The translations under genes were made by a program, and so were the position numbers. From NCBI RefSeq assembly GCF_009914755.1, contig NC_060926.1: 64,000 nt of DNA, one strand, 5' to 3'. The stretch comes from the human T2T-CHM13v2.0 reference genome, Homo sapiens. The notes under the pieces are model-generated. The model had not been told where the DNA came from and searched no databases. It was given only the letters and a program-made list of their open reading frames with translations. Below, in pieces: positions 39,844 through 52,359 of this stretch (within the stretch, counting starts at the first letter, position 1; the number at the start of each line of letters is the position of its first letter).

Positions 39844-41597
39844 GTGGCTAGGCAATTAACCCAGCACCATTTGTTGAAAAGGGTGTTCTTTCCTCACTTT
39901 ATGTTTTTGCTCACTTTGTCGAAGATCAGTTGGCTGTAAGTATTTGGGTTTATTTCTGGGTTCTCTACTGTGTTCCATTGGTCTATGTGCCTATTTTTAT
40001 ACCAGTACCACACTGTTTTGGTGACTATGGCCTTATAGTATAGTTTGAAATCAGGTAGTGTGATGCCTCCAGATTTGTTCTTTTTGCTTAGTCTTGCTTT
40101 GGCTATGCGGGCTCTTTTTTGGTTCCATATGAGTTTAGAATTGTTTTTTATAATTCTGTGAAGAATGATTTTGATATTTTGATGTGGATTGTATTGAATG
40201 TGTAGATTCCTTTTGGCAGTATGATAATTTCCACAATAGTTAGTCTATCCATCCATGAGCATGGGATGGGTTTCCATTTGTTTGTATCATCTGTGATTTA
40301 TTTCAGCAGTGTTTTGTAGTTTTCCTTGTAGAGGTCTTTTAACTCCTGGGCTAGGTGTATTCCTAAGGTGGTTTTTTTCTTTTTTTTTCTTTTTTTTTTT
40401 GCAGCTATTGTAAAAGGGGTTGAGTTCTTGATTTGATTCTCTGCTTAGTCATTGTTGGTGTATAGAAGAGCTACTGATTTGTGTACATTAATCTTGTATC
40501 CAGACACTTTGCTGAATTCTTTTATCACTTCTAGGAGCTTTCTGGAGGAGTCTTTAAGGTTTTCAAGGTAAATGATCATGTCATCAGCAAACAGTGACAC
40601 TTTGACTTCTTCTTTACCGGTTTGGATGCCCTGTATTTCTTTCTCTTGTCTGATTGTTCTGGCTAGGACTTCCAGTACTATGTTGAACAGGAGGGGTGAG
40701 AGTAGTCATCCTTGTCTTGTTCCAGTTCTCAGAGGGAATGCTTTCAACTTTTCCCCATTCAGTATTATGTTGGCTGTGGGTTTGTCATAGATGGCTTTTA
40801 TTACATTGAGGAATGTCCTTTGTATGTCAATATTTTGCTGAGAGTTTTAATCATAAAGGGATGTTGGATTTTGTTGAGTGCTTTTTCTGCATCTACTGAG
40901 ATGATCATGTGATTTTTGTTTTTAATTATGTTTATGTGGTGTATCACATTTATTGACTTGCGTATGTTAAACCATCCCTGGCATCCCTGACATGAAACCC
41001 AGTTGATCATTGTGGATTATCTTTTTGATATGTTGTTGGATTCGGTTAGCTAGTACTTTGTTAAGGATTTTAGCATCTATGTTCATCAAGGATATCAGTC
41101 TGTAGTTTTCTTTTTTGGTTATGCCCCTTCCTGGTTTTGGTATTAGGGTGATGCCGGCTTCATAGAATTAATTAGGGAGGGTTCCTTTTTATCTTGCGGA
41201 ATAGTGTCAAAGGATTGGTACCAATTTTTCTTTGAATGTCTGGTAGAATTCTGCTGTGAATCCATTTGGTCCTGGAATTTCTTTGTTGGTAATTTTCAAA
41301 TTACCATTTCAGTCTTGCTGCTTGTTATGGGTCTGTTTAGGGTATTTAATTCTTCCTGATTTAAGCTAAAAGGGTTATATTTTTCCAGGAATGTATCCAT
41401 CTTTTCTAGGTTTTCTGGTTTATGTGTGTAAAGGTGTTCATAGTAGCCTTGCATGATCTTTTGTATTTCAGTGGTGTCAGTTGTAATATCTCCTGTTTCT
41501 CTTCTTAGTGAGGTTATCTGGATTGTCTCTCTTTTCTTGGTTAGTCTCGTTAATGGTCTATCAATTCCTTCCCTACACGCCCTGTTAGCAGAAGACA

Positions 41598-42065
41598 AAA
41601 CTGAAATTATATCAAGCACTCTCTCAGGACACAGTGGAATAAAACTGGAAGTCAACTCCAAAAGAAAGCTTCAAAACCATGCAAATACATGGAAATTAAA
41701 TAACCTGCTCCTGAATGAGCATTGGGTCAAAAATGAAATCAAGATGGAAATTTAATAATTCTTCAAACTGAATGACAATAATGACACAACCTATCAAAAC
41801 CTCTGGGATAGAGCAAAGGCAGTGCTAAGAGGAAAGTGCATAGCCCTAAACACCTACATCAAAAAGACTGGAAGAGCACAAGCTGACATTTTAAGGTCAC
41901 ACCTCAAGGAACTAGAAAATAAGAACAAAGCAAACACAAACCAAGCAGAAGAAAGGAAATAACCAAGACTGGAGAAGAACTAAATCAAATTGAAACAAAC
42001 AAACAAAAAATACAAAAGATAAATGAAACAAAAAGCAGTTTCTTTGAAAAGATAAATAAAATTGA
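41598..42065 (+). other. Inverted internal segment of L1PB ORF2
   Basis: Sense-strand L1 ORF2 (ORF 41453-41755: IISSTLSGHSGIKLEVNSKR..TWKLNNLLLNEHWV) inside an antisense element. Confidence 0.9.
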
Positions 42066-42710
42066 GGTTCATTTTATGGCCTATCATGTGGTCTATCTTC
42101 GAGAAAGTTCCATGTGCTATTGAATAAAATTTGTATTCTGTGGTTGTTGGATGAAATGTTTTGTATATATCTGTTAGGTCTATTTGTTCCAAGGTATAGT
42201 TTAAATCCATTGTTTCTTTGTTAACGTTCTGTCTTGATGGCCTGTCTAATGCTGTGAGTGGAGTATTGAAGTCTCCCACTATTATTGTGTTGCTGTCTAT
42301 CTCATTTCTTAGGTCTATTAGTAATTGTTTTATAAATTTGGGAGCTCCAGTGTGAGGTGCATATATGTTTAGGATTGTGATATTTTCCTGTTGGACAAGG
42401 CCTTCTACTATTTTATAATGTCCCTCGTTGTCTCTTTTAACAGCTGTTGCTTTAAAATTAGTTGTGACTGATATAAGAATAGCTACCCCTGCTCTCTTTT
42501 GGTGTCCATTTGCATGAAATGTCTTTTTTCATCTCTTTACTTAAGTTTACCTGAGTCCTTATGTGTTAGATGAGTCTCCTGAAGGCAGTAGATAGTTGGT
42601 TGGTGTGTTCTGATCCATTCTGTGGTTCTATATCTTTTAAGTGGAGCATTTAGGCCATTTACATTCAATGTTAGTATTGAGATGTGAGGTACCATTGCAT
42701 TCATCATGCT
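42060..42710 (-). pseudogene. Decayed L1 ORF2 endonuclease domain
   Basis: [42 protein letters not shown] motifs, broken by stops and frameshifts. Confidence 0.85.
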
Positions 42711-42799
42711 GTTTTTTGTCTGTGTACTTTGTTTTTTTTGATGTTTGTTTTGCTTTTTAACTTGTATTTTTGTTTTATAAGTCCTTTGTGATTTATGCT

Positions 42800-43805
42800 T
42801 TAAAGAAGTTCTGTTTTGAATGTTTCCAGGATTTGTTTCAAGATTTAGAGTTCCTTTGAGTAGTTCTTGTAGTGGTGGCTTGATAGTGGCTAATTCTCTC
42901 AGCACTTGTTTGCCTGAAAAAGACTCTATTTTTCCTTCATATATAGTGCTTAGTTTCACTGGATACAAAATTCTTGGCTGATAATTGTTTCGTTTGAGGA
43001 GGCTGAAGATAGGTCCCCAATCCCTTCTAGCTTGTAGTGTTTCTGCTGAGAAATCTGCTGTTAATTTCATAGGTTTTCTTTTATAGGTTACCTGGTGCTT
43101 GTGTCTTATAGCTCTTAAGATTCTTTCCTTTGTCTTAACTTTGGATAACCTGGTGACAGTGTGCCTAGGCAATGATCTTTTGTGATGAATTTCCCAAGTG
43201 TTCTTTGTGCTTCTTGTATTTGGATGTCTAAGTCTCTAGCAAGGCTGGGGAAGTTTTTCTGATTATTCTGCCAAATATGTTTTCCAAGCTTTTAGAATTC
43301 TCTTCTCCTCCAGAACACTGTTTATTTTTAGGTTTGGTCTTTCAACTTAATCCCAGACTTCTTGGAGGCTTGGTTCATATTTTCTTATTCTTTTTTCTTT
43401 GTCTCTGTTGGATTGGGTTAATTCAAGGACCTTGTTTTTGAGCTCTGAATTTCTTTCTTCTACTTGTTCAAGTCTATTACTGAGACTTTCTAGAGCATTT
43501 TGCATTTTTATAAGTGTGTCCAGTGTTTCCTGAATTTTTGATTATTTTTTTCTTTATGCTATCTATTTCCTTAAATATTTCTCCCTTCACTTCTTGTATC
43601 ATTTTCCTCGCATTGGGCTTCACCTTTCTCTGGTGCCTCCCTGACTAGCTTAATGACTAACCTCCTGAATTCTTCTTCAGGCAAATCAGGGATTTCTTCT
43701 TGATTTGGATCCATTGCTGGTGAACTAGTGTGATTTTTTTTGGGAGGTGTTAAAGAGCGTTGTTTTGTCATATTACCAGGGTTGGTTTTCTGGTTCCTTC
43801 TCATT
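42800..43805 (-). pseudogene. Decayed L1 ORF1
   Basis: MRRNQKTNPGNMTKQ..DLPEEEFRRLVIKL; ADFSAETLQARRDWGPIFSLLK..YQPRILYP. Confidence 0.85.
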
Positions 43806-44436
43806 TGGGTAGGCTCTGTCAGAGGGAAGATCTTGGGCTGCAAGCTGTTGTTCAGATTCTTTTGTCCCACAGGGTGTTCTCTTGATGTAGTACTCTCCCC
43901 TTTTTCCTATGGATGTGGCTTCCTGTTAGCCAAACTGCAGTGATGGTTGTCCCTCTTCTGGGTCTAGCAACCCAGCAAGTCTACCCAGCTCTGGGCTGGT
44001 ACTGGGGGTTGTCTGCACAAAGTCCTGTGATGTGAACTGTTTAAGGGTCTCTCAGCCATGGATACTAGCACCTGTTCCGGTGGAGGTGGCAGGGGGCAAG
44101 GGGCTATGCAATGGACTCCATGAGGGTTCTTAGCTTTGGTAGTTTAGTTTTGTGCTGGTTGGCCTCCTGCCAGGAGGTGGGCTTTCTAGAGAGTATCAGC
44201 TGTGGTAGTATAAAGAGGAACCAGCAGTGGGCGGGAGCCTAGAACTTCCAAAATTATATGCACTGTCTTCTGCTAACAGGGTGTGTAGGGAAGGACTATC
44301 AGGTGGGGGCAAGCTTAGGCATGTCTGAGCTCAAACTGTCCTTGAGTGGTCTTGCTGCAGTTGAGTATTTGGGGTGTCTCCCGGGTCCTGCAGGAGCAGT
44401 CTGCTTTTTTCAAAGGGTCTCTACTTAGCATAATTT

Positions 44437-44660
44437 TGAAATACAAAAGCCTAGCTTGGAATTCAGGCTCTGAGACATACTAGCTGAGGAACTTAGACAA
44501 TTTTCTCAACTTCTCCATGACTCTCTATTCTTGCATATTAAATGGGATAGTTATAGTGCTAATTGTTAGGATTACTGTGATACTTAAAAGAGGTAATTAT
44601 ATAAACCAATTAGAACAGTACCTGACACAAATTAGGGCCTAATAAACATTAGCTATAAGT
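44437..44660 (+). mobile_element. MIR SINE (the L1PB inserted near its 5' end)
   Basis: ggctctgagacatactagctg..aatgggatag..agaacagtacctgacaca..aataaacattagctat. Confidence 0.7.
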
Positions 44661-45024
44661 GTGGTTATAGTGCCCAGCACTGGTACATGTTAAGTAAATG
44701 TCATTTATTTTGCATACCATTTACACCTATCTACAGAGCCTTATCTGAATCTGTGCACCCATTACTATAAAGATACACCAACATTTCAAATCTCCAGGAG
44801 TCCCATGTGCTTCCTGTCAAGCTCTAAGATTCTAGCCATCTTGGCAATATGGAATTTTTGAAAGAGACTGTTCAACCAAGGATATGAGATAAGATCTTGG
44901 TGTAATAAAATATATATATATATATATTTAGAATCTGTAGTATCTTATACCCACTAATTCCAATCTTTAAGTCTTTAAACATGTGAACCCAAATTCCCCT
45001 GTGTATATGTAGTCCTTCACAGGT

Positions 45025-45235
45025 TACAAAGAAGCTTTACATACATTATCACATTTGATATTATAGAGTTTTTTACAAAAGATGAGAAAAACTTTATCCA
45101 AACTATTTTTAAGGGGAAACAAATTCTCAGTCTGGAGGATAAAAAGAAAGAAATTCAGGCAGCTTGAGTGTGGCAGACATGCAAAGTCAACCAAGATGTT
45201 TAAATTTCTAGTGCAGTGCATATCTCTCCTGCTCT
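45025..45235 (-). mobile_element. MIR fragment
   Basis: gctttacatacattatcacatttgat..ttttaaggggaaacaaattctcag. Confidence 0.5.
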
Positions 45236-46774
45236 ACTCTTTTCAGAGAAACCAGGGAGAAATAGTCAGGAACCTTGCTGGGCCTTCTCTAGAAACTTTA
45301 CGTGTGGATAAATGTAAGTGGAATTTTGGATGTTCATCATTTGATTCCATTCCATCATAGCTGAAGCTTAGGTTCATGCTGTTCCCTGCCTTTTCTGCAA
45401 AGAAGAGTGCTAGTGCTAATTTGTTTACCTTGAGCGGGCTATGCTTGGTGCTGGGCAGTAACGGTGGAAGTAGCCATCACAAAGGACATCAGGATTGAGT
45501 GTCCTTTCCTGAAGTTCAAGCTCTATTCAAAGCATTTCTACATATGTACATCCTGCTGTGAGTCATTCATAATTCATAATACATTTTCTAACATTTTCTA
45601 GTTGCTTATTGCTATTTGATGCCTAAGTTTGCACTAAGTTAGGTAATGAATATGGTTCCTCAGAGCTAAACAATTCTGTTACCATTACATAAGTTAACCC
45701 ACTAGCTTTTATATACACTGTTGACACTAGGGTGAACTGTCTGTTTACTGGAGAGGTGGGATATCTATGTATACTGAGAAAATATACCCTTAAGCGTCAA
45801 TAAGTATGTATTCAGCTCTAACTGCTCAGTCCTATTCAAGACATTGTAGAGGAGAGCCAAAGACTAAGGCACATGAGGCTGTTAGAAACTGTATATGCAT
45901 TAAATGTGTTTGTCAATGTGTGTATGCATGCAAAAGGAAGTTGAAGTCATAGATTTCATCCCCCATTACCTAGACAATAACTTGTCACATGCGGCCATCA
46001 GTGAATGCTTGCAAAATAAAGAAGTCAAGATCACTCTGAGCAGATAACTATAGCTGGGTCAGGCTTTCTGGACGAGATAGAACTTGAGATATTTGAATAA
46101 TGTATGGGGGTGAGGGCAGGCATCCTAAGTGAGGTACAGAAATAAAAACAAGAAGGGAGTTTAGAAAGAAGGAAGGCGAATAATGTGGGCAGAATATCAT
46201 CCATTATCAGAATATAGACATTGTATAAAGCTCCATTACATTTACAATAGTCACATAATAACTTCATAGAATCTGTAAGCCATATCTATTCCACTTTGAT
46301 TTTTGAAGGAATGCCAAAGCCCTTTCATGCTAACAAAATATGGTCATTTCTTTTTCACTTTTGAAAACTCAAACTAATTCTTTTTATAGCAAAGTATATA
46401 CACTACTGGGAAAATGTTTATTTTTGCCCCCTGCATATTCTAGTACATAAGTTGAATGGGTTATTTTGGAAAACACTGTCATGAAATGACATATAGCAAC
46501 CAGCATTTCTTGAGCTCACCCACCCAGGGCCATTCTAAGTTTGACATTATAAGAGGGGTTGCTACTTGCCGAGGGGGATGGTGTCATTGGCACCCTGTGG
46601 AGGGGAAGAAAGTAGAAAACAGGACAAAGCTTTCTGCCATAAAGAAACCTAATGATTCATGGAGGGGTATCAAGTGGGATGAGTAGCTAAACAGTGTGGA
46701 TGGCAAGTGTTTTAGCTAAAGAAATTTGAGTTTCATAGTCTTTAAGAACAGGCTAGAATGTGTCCATGACCTAG

Positions 46775-47168
46775 ATCAAACAAGGATGTACAGAAACAGA
46801 GTAGAAGGATGGTTACCAGAGGCTAGGAAGCATAGTTAGGGGGCGGGGTGGAAGGGAGGTGGGGATGGTTAATGGGTACAAAAAAATAATAAGAATGAAT
46901 AAGACCTATTTGATCGCACAACAAAATGACTACAGTCAATAATAATGTAATTATACACTTTAATATAACTAAGAGTATAATTCGATTTTTTGTAACACTA
47001 AGGATAACACTAAGGATAAGAGTATAATTCGATTTTTTGTAACACTAATGAAGGGATGGATACCCCATTTACCCTGATGTATTATGCAGTGCATGCCTCT
47101 ATCAAAACATCTCATGTATTCCATAAATATATATGCCTACTACATACCTTCAAAAAATTAAAAATTAA
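46775..47168 (+). mobile_element. L1MA2-like 3' end
   Basis: gagtagaaggatggttaccagaggct..gggatggttaatgggtacaaaaaa..gatggataccccattt..ccataaatatata..aaattaaaaatt. Confidence 0.85.
46970..47048. repeat. Perfect 32-bp duplication with a nested 12-bp tandem duplication
   Basis: TAAGAGTATAATTCGATTTTTTGTAACACTAA at 46970-47001 and 47017-47048; TAACACTAAGGA twice at 46993-47016. Confidence 0.9.
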
Positions 47169-50100
47169 AGAAGGCTATGCTTCAATTTTAGCAGGGGCAT
47201 CTTTGATCTTAACATGCACCTGAGACAGGAAATTGTGAGGAGATTGTTAGGAAGTGATTATAGAAGGTCTGAAGGCCTCATGACATCATCCAAGGTTCAA
47301 GCACAGGGCAGAGAATATAAGTCTGAGAAGAAACAATGGTCTTTAGAGTTAGTGATCCCTAGCATTGCCACCATGTGCAGTTTCTTCTCCTTGGAAGTTC
47401 AGGAGGAGAGCCATGTACAGGTAGCCTTGAGAACTGATTATAATCAGACCATTATGAATATAAGTGAGGTGTATTATTTATTTTAATCATTGTTACACAA
47501 ATGCTGAGAAAAATCAGGGTTTTTATTAGACTTCTTTTAGACTCTAATACTTATTCTCAAGACCCACTATCATTCTCTGTGACTTCCCACTTCGAAGGAT
47601 ACCTTATTTTAGTGATGAATACTGGGCATAAGTGGCCTGTGCCTAGATTAGATGATCTTATCCTTGGGGTTTATACACAGAGCTAGGTGAAACTATAGAG
47701 ACACTAAGCCATGTTAGGAATTGTTCAGGGTAGGGGAAGGGTGGCAGAGGGTGGGAGAGGTGGCACTGGCTCAGGGATTGCCACTGGCATTTCATCCAGA
47801 GCCCTTTCAGTTTATTCAGTTTAATATGTTTGCTTTGGGGTATTATTTCAACTGAAGAAATGTATCTAAGACAAGATAGCAATAAAAAGCCAGTGCTGTG
47901 GTGGAATCATCTATTGATTTCAGACTTTGTCAGTTAAGTCATACAGTGGATCTGATATCTCATTTAATATTTTCTTTCAATTGCTAAAACTGACCAACTG
48001 ACTTGCAATATTTACAAAATGTATAGAGACAGTGTGGACTCAATCTGCAAATATTCTGTGAGTGGCTGAGTAAATGTAACCGAGGTGGCATTTTCAACTT
48101 GATGAGCATTTTGCCAAGGATGGAATAAGAGTAAGTGGAAGCTGAGGTACAGATGCATCTTCTCTTTAGGCTTACACGGGAACATCATCCCGTAGCAGTT
48201 TACACTGAGAATTTACCCAGACTGTTTTTCTTTTTTTTTTCCCCCTTGAGTCCTGAATAAGGTCGGCTCATGGCCTGGAAGCTATGAAATTTTTCTTGTT
48301 CTGGCAACCTAGGAAGAGAAGGTATTTTGCAACTTAGCTGAGTTGTTTCTTAATGTTTGCAGAGAAATATGTCTTCTTGTAGTTTTTTTTTAAGTTGAAA
48401 AGAAGCATGTTTTCTCAATGTATAGAAATGCCTAGTCCATATCTATACTAGATTTGTATTTGAGTTCAAAAATAATACAATGATTTTGTTCCCTGATAAT
48501 TCAAGAGTTCAAAAATTGGTGGGAGCCATACTCCATATGGGACACCAGTGAAAAATTGGATTTGCAATAACTAGGAGGGGGGACACAATAAAACCTTCAG
48601 TGTAGAAAGAAAAGATTTATCCTCCCTGTTTACCTTTATTGTATGTCCTGGTGAATAATCATCTTTGACATCTGTAAACTACCTTTCATGGAACAGTCCC
48701 ACAGGTCTTCCTCATTCAAGAGCTGCTTTCTGAATGTCACTTCTCTACTCAGTGACTCATTATTATGCCATGGTGGGAGGCCAAGGCCTTTAAATTGGAG
48801 ATTACAGTATGATATGCTTAAAGGAAAATCTAAAAAAAATCCCTTGGCGGGGAAACTTTGGTACTGGGAGTTCTTGTGCATATAAACTATATTGCCAGCC
48901 TACATAGCTAGTTGCGAGAATGTGCCTTGCAGTGTAACTTCACTCCAGGGAAATTATTAAGTATACCTGTGGGTAATTTCAAGCTATTGGGAACAGTTAC
49001 TCAAAATACTGGTTAAACTTCAAATTTTGCTGGTAAAGGACCAACAGCTTGTGGTTTACCACAAAGCAAGAGTTTCTTAAAGTGACAACCCCTTCTTGAA
49101 CAGGAATCACACATGATAAGTGTTCCCAGCAGTTCTGTTTTTGGAGCAGCTTCCAAAGTGATGAATACAAATGACAACAACCATTATCCTAGCTTATTCG
49201 TGGTATCATACTGTCCTGAGAAACTACAGTTACATAAATCAAGGGAATATTGCTTAATATTACTATTAATACATTACATGCTAGAGCAGCAGTGGCAGTT
49301 GCTCACGAAGTTGATGTAACAGAATATATAAACATGCAGATGATTCATATTCTACAGAATGCAATCTTACTTTAAAGTCATTTGCAATAAAAGAAGTCCA
49401 ATTTTAACTTTCCCTTTTATATACTTTCAATTATACCAGCTTAACTATATGTTTGTCAATTAAAAAAAAAACTTCATATATATGTGGGTATATACATATA
49501 TAATCACTTCTCCCCACACACCCTGTTTAAGTTGCTTTTAAAAAACAGAATTGTCGACTTCCAGGTTCACATTTTCCATTCTACAGCTCCTAAAATGGTA
49601 AAACTATTCTGCGTTGCCTGTGGTTTCTGTGTATGAAGAAAGAATGATTTTTCATCTTTCACTCAAATTCTCAAACTTTTTAAAGGGGAGACAGTCACAT
49701 TTTTTTTTTCATTTGGAAACAGACTTCTTTAAAGATACCTTTTCTGTAACTTCTTCAAAATGTGAAATGTGCCTACGTTTTTCCTCTCCTTAAAGTTTTC
49801 AGATAGAACTAGTTCAAACCTACAGACTTGACACCTAATAAATAAAGTCAAACATCTTATACTTTTGTTATAATACAATGAGCACAAAAAATGTGAATTT
49901 AAAAATAGCATGTTTTCAAAGACAAAATTGAGCCAGGACAATTTAATGCACAAATTTATAAAGTGATAATATTTTTTAACTTTATTTGAACCAATTGCTT
50001 TTCAATTGTTTGAAGTTGGTTTCAAAATTAGTGTTACTATTTTAAAACCTCAACTAAATTGAGTTGGATCAAGTAACTCATCTGGTTTTGGCCTTTTCCA

Positions 50101-50739
50101 CATTTATGATTTGGAAGGGACTAAGCCCAATATGTTTCAATCCAATGCAGTAACTATCTGGTCAAATACTCGTCTTTGTCTGTCTCCAGTATTTAATCAA
50201 TAGTATTTATGTAGCTTTAAGTAAACATCTTATTCTGTAAGGAGAAGTAATCAGGCAAGTAATTGATACTTATTTTATCTTTTACATCCCATTAAAACAT
50301 ACCCAAAGCACTAGAACTCTCATTGGAATACTTATGGTAGGTTAGATAAAATATCTGTTCCAATACAACATCGCATCAATTTCAAGGTTTTCCTCATGTT
50401 TTAAAGTGAAAATTAGAGTCAGAGACCATAGGAAGGAAGCACAATTTCAAACCCCCATGATGCTTGTAGTCTTGATATGAGAAATTAACTTTGGGGTAAA
50501 GTACTCATTTGCAACTGATACTCCTGGGTGTAAAATGAATGAGTTATTATATTCACTTCATTATTTGCTGCACGAATATAGTCAACTACTTTAGATTCTA
50601 GTTGCGAGGTCCTGGTAATAGCAAATATGCAAGAAAGGAATAGGAGAATTTCTGCTCTTAATGCATTGATGACCTAGAGTACAAGATAGAAGTATAAACA
50701 TGTGATTAAAATTCAATATAATACTTCTACATCTTGTCA

Positions 50740-51445
50740 AGCTAGAGTAACAGTAACTAGATGTACTCATCAAACATTTAGAAGAAAAATAAACTATATG
50801 AAACCATTTTATTCAAGGCACTGGGCATCAGAAAATAAAGCACAGTGATACCTGAGATATAAAAATACCACAAATCAAAATTCTAGAGATGAATATTATA
50901 ATGTCTGAGATGAAAATAACCTGAATAGGGTAATGGTAGGTTAGGCATTCAGAATATTAGGTTAGTAAAGTTGAAATCATAGCAACAGGAACTATCTAAC
51001 ATAAAACAGAAAAACACATAAAAATAAAATAAGAATTAGTAATCTTTGTTACAATTTAAAGTGGCCTAATATATATGCAATTGGAGTCAATAAAGAAGGG
51101 GGAGACAGAACAAAAATATTTGAAGAAATAATGATAGAAAAAGTTTCAAATTGAATTACAACTATAAACCAAGAGATCCCAAGAAGTGCAGAAGAACCAA
51201 AATAAAAGAAACCTAAAATCACATCAGAATGTATCATAATCAAAATTCTCAAAACCAATGAACAATATAAAATTCTAAAAGCACAGAAAAGGAAAGACAC
51301 ATTAGAGAAAGAAGAATAAATATAAGAAAGCAAATTTCTGGTCAGAAGTAATTTAAGGAAGATGATGGTAGAGCAACACTTTTTAAAATAAAACTATCAA
51401 TGTAAATTTTTATAAACTGAAAGTATCTTTCAAAAGTCAAGGAGG
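50740..51445 (+). mobile_element. L1M (L1MC/ME-like) ORF1-region fragment
   Basis: aaattctagagatgaa..caattggagtc..aaaatatttgaagaaataatgatagaaaaagtttcaaatt..tatctttcaaaagt. Confidence 0.75.
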
Positions 51446-51590
51446 AAGAACCTCCAAAGCTGTGGAATTCAATAATCAGGGTCTCTTTCTTTCCATATTA
51501 GCATCAACCTAGCTTTTCCGGAGCTAACTCAGTTCTTAATAAAAATAATATGTACCTTTTATTGGAAATAGTCTTTCTAGGGCCACTTCT

Positions 51591-52064
51591 GTTTTTTATT
51601 ATTATACTTTAACTTCTGGGATACATGTGTAGAACATACAGGTTTGTTACATAGGTATACATGTGCCATAGTAGTTTGCTGCACCCATCAACCCATCATC
51701 TATATTAGGTTATTTCTCTGAATGCTATCCCTCCCCTATCTCCCCACCCCGCGACAGGCCCTGGTGTGTGATGTTCACCTTCCTGTGTCCATGTGTTCTC
51801 ATTGTTCAACTCCCATTTAGGAGTGAGAACATGCCGTGTTTGGTTTTCTGTTCCTGTGTTAGTTTGCTGAGGATGATGGTTTCCAGCTTCATCCATGTCC
51901 CTGCAAAGGACATTAACTCATCCTTTTTTTTTACGGCTGCATAGTATTCCATGGTGTATATATGCCACATTTTCCTTATCCAGTCTATCACTGATGGGCA
52001 TTTTGGTTGGTTCCAAGTCTTTGCTATTGTGAACAGTGCTGCAGTAAACATACGTGCGCATATG
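51591..52064 (-). mobile_element. 5'-truncated L1PA7/8 3' end
   Basis: Perfect 15-bp TSD TCTAGGGCCACTTCT at 51576-51590 and 52065-52079; ORF 51806-52075(-) matches the ORF2p C-terminus. Confidence 0.92.
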
Positions 52065-52359
52065 TCTAGGGCCACTTCTAAAGTTATTTCAGTTCAGCCA
52101 TTCTTCTGGTATCAGCATCCCAGGCTCACACTCTGTGCTCCTTTCAAGGGAGATGCAAGTAACTATTTTTTAACCATTCAACATTTTCAAAATCTGACTT
52201 GAACCTCTTACCCTAACAAGTGTGGCTTTTATTAAAACTGCTGAAATTTTAGTCTAGAATGTCACTGAAACTTCTACAGAATAAATGGCTATATTTCCAT
52301 CATTTTACACCATGCATTCTTATGAGCATACATTGGGATATTGTTTCTAGATATCTAAT

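Larger units (their letters stand above)
39303..44421 (-). mobile_element. Near-full-length rearranged L1PB (L1PB1/L1PBa-like)
   Basis: Perfect 15-bp TSD TACTTAGCATAATTT at 39288-39302 and 44422-44436; poly-T tail; L1PB 3' UTR; decayed ORF2, ORF1 and 5' UTR. Confidence 0.92.

Noticed and set aside
41296-41755. Overlapping opposite-strand ORFs, both L1-like
   Set aside because: Fully explained by the inversion breakpoint.
42537-43172. 211-aa ORF that appears to fuse L1 ORF1 to ORF2
   Set aside because: Produced by frameshift decay across the ORF1 end and spacer; both ORFs are disrupted elsewhere, so it is not a domesticated gene.
46839-46864. G-quadruplex motif
   Set aside because: Ordinary G-rich tract of the L1 3' UTR.
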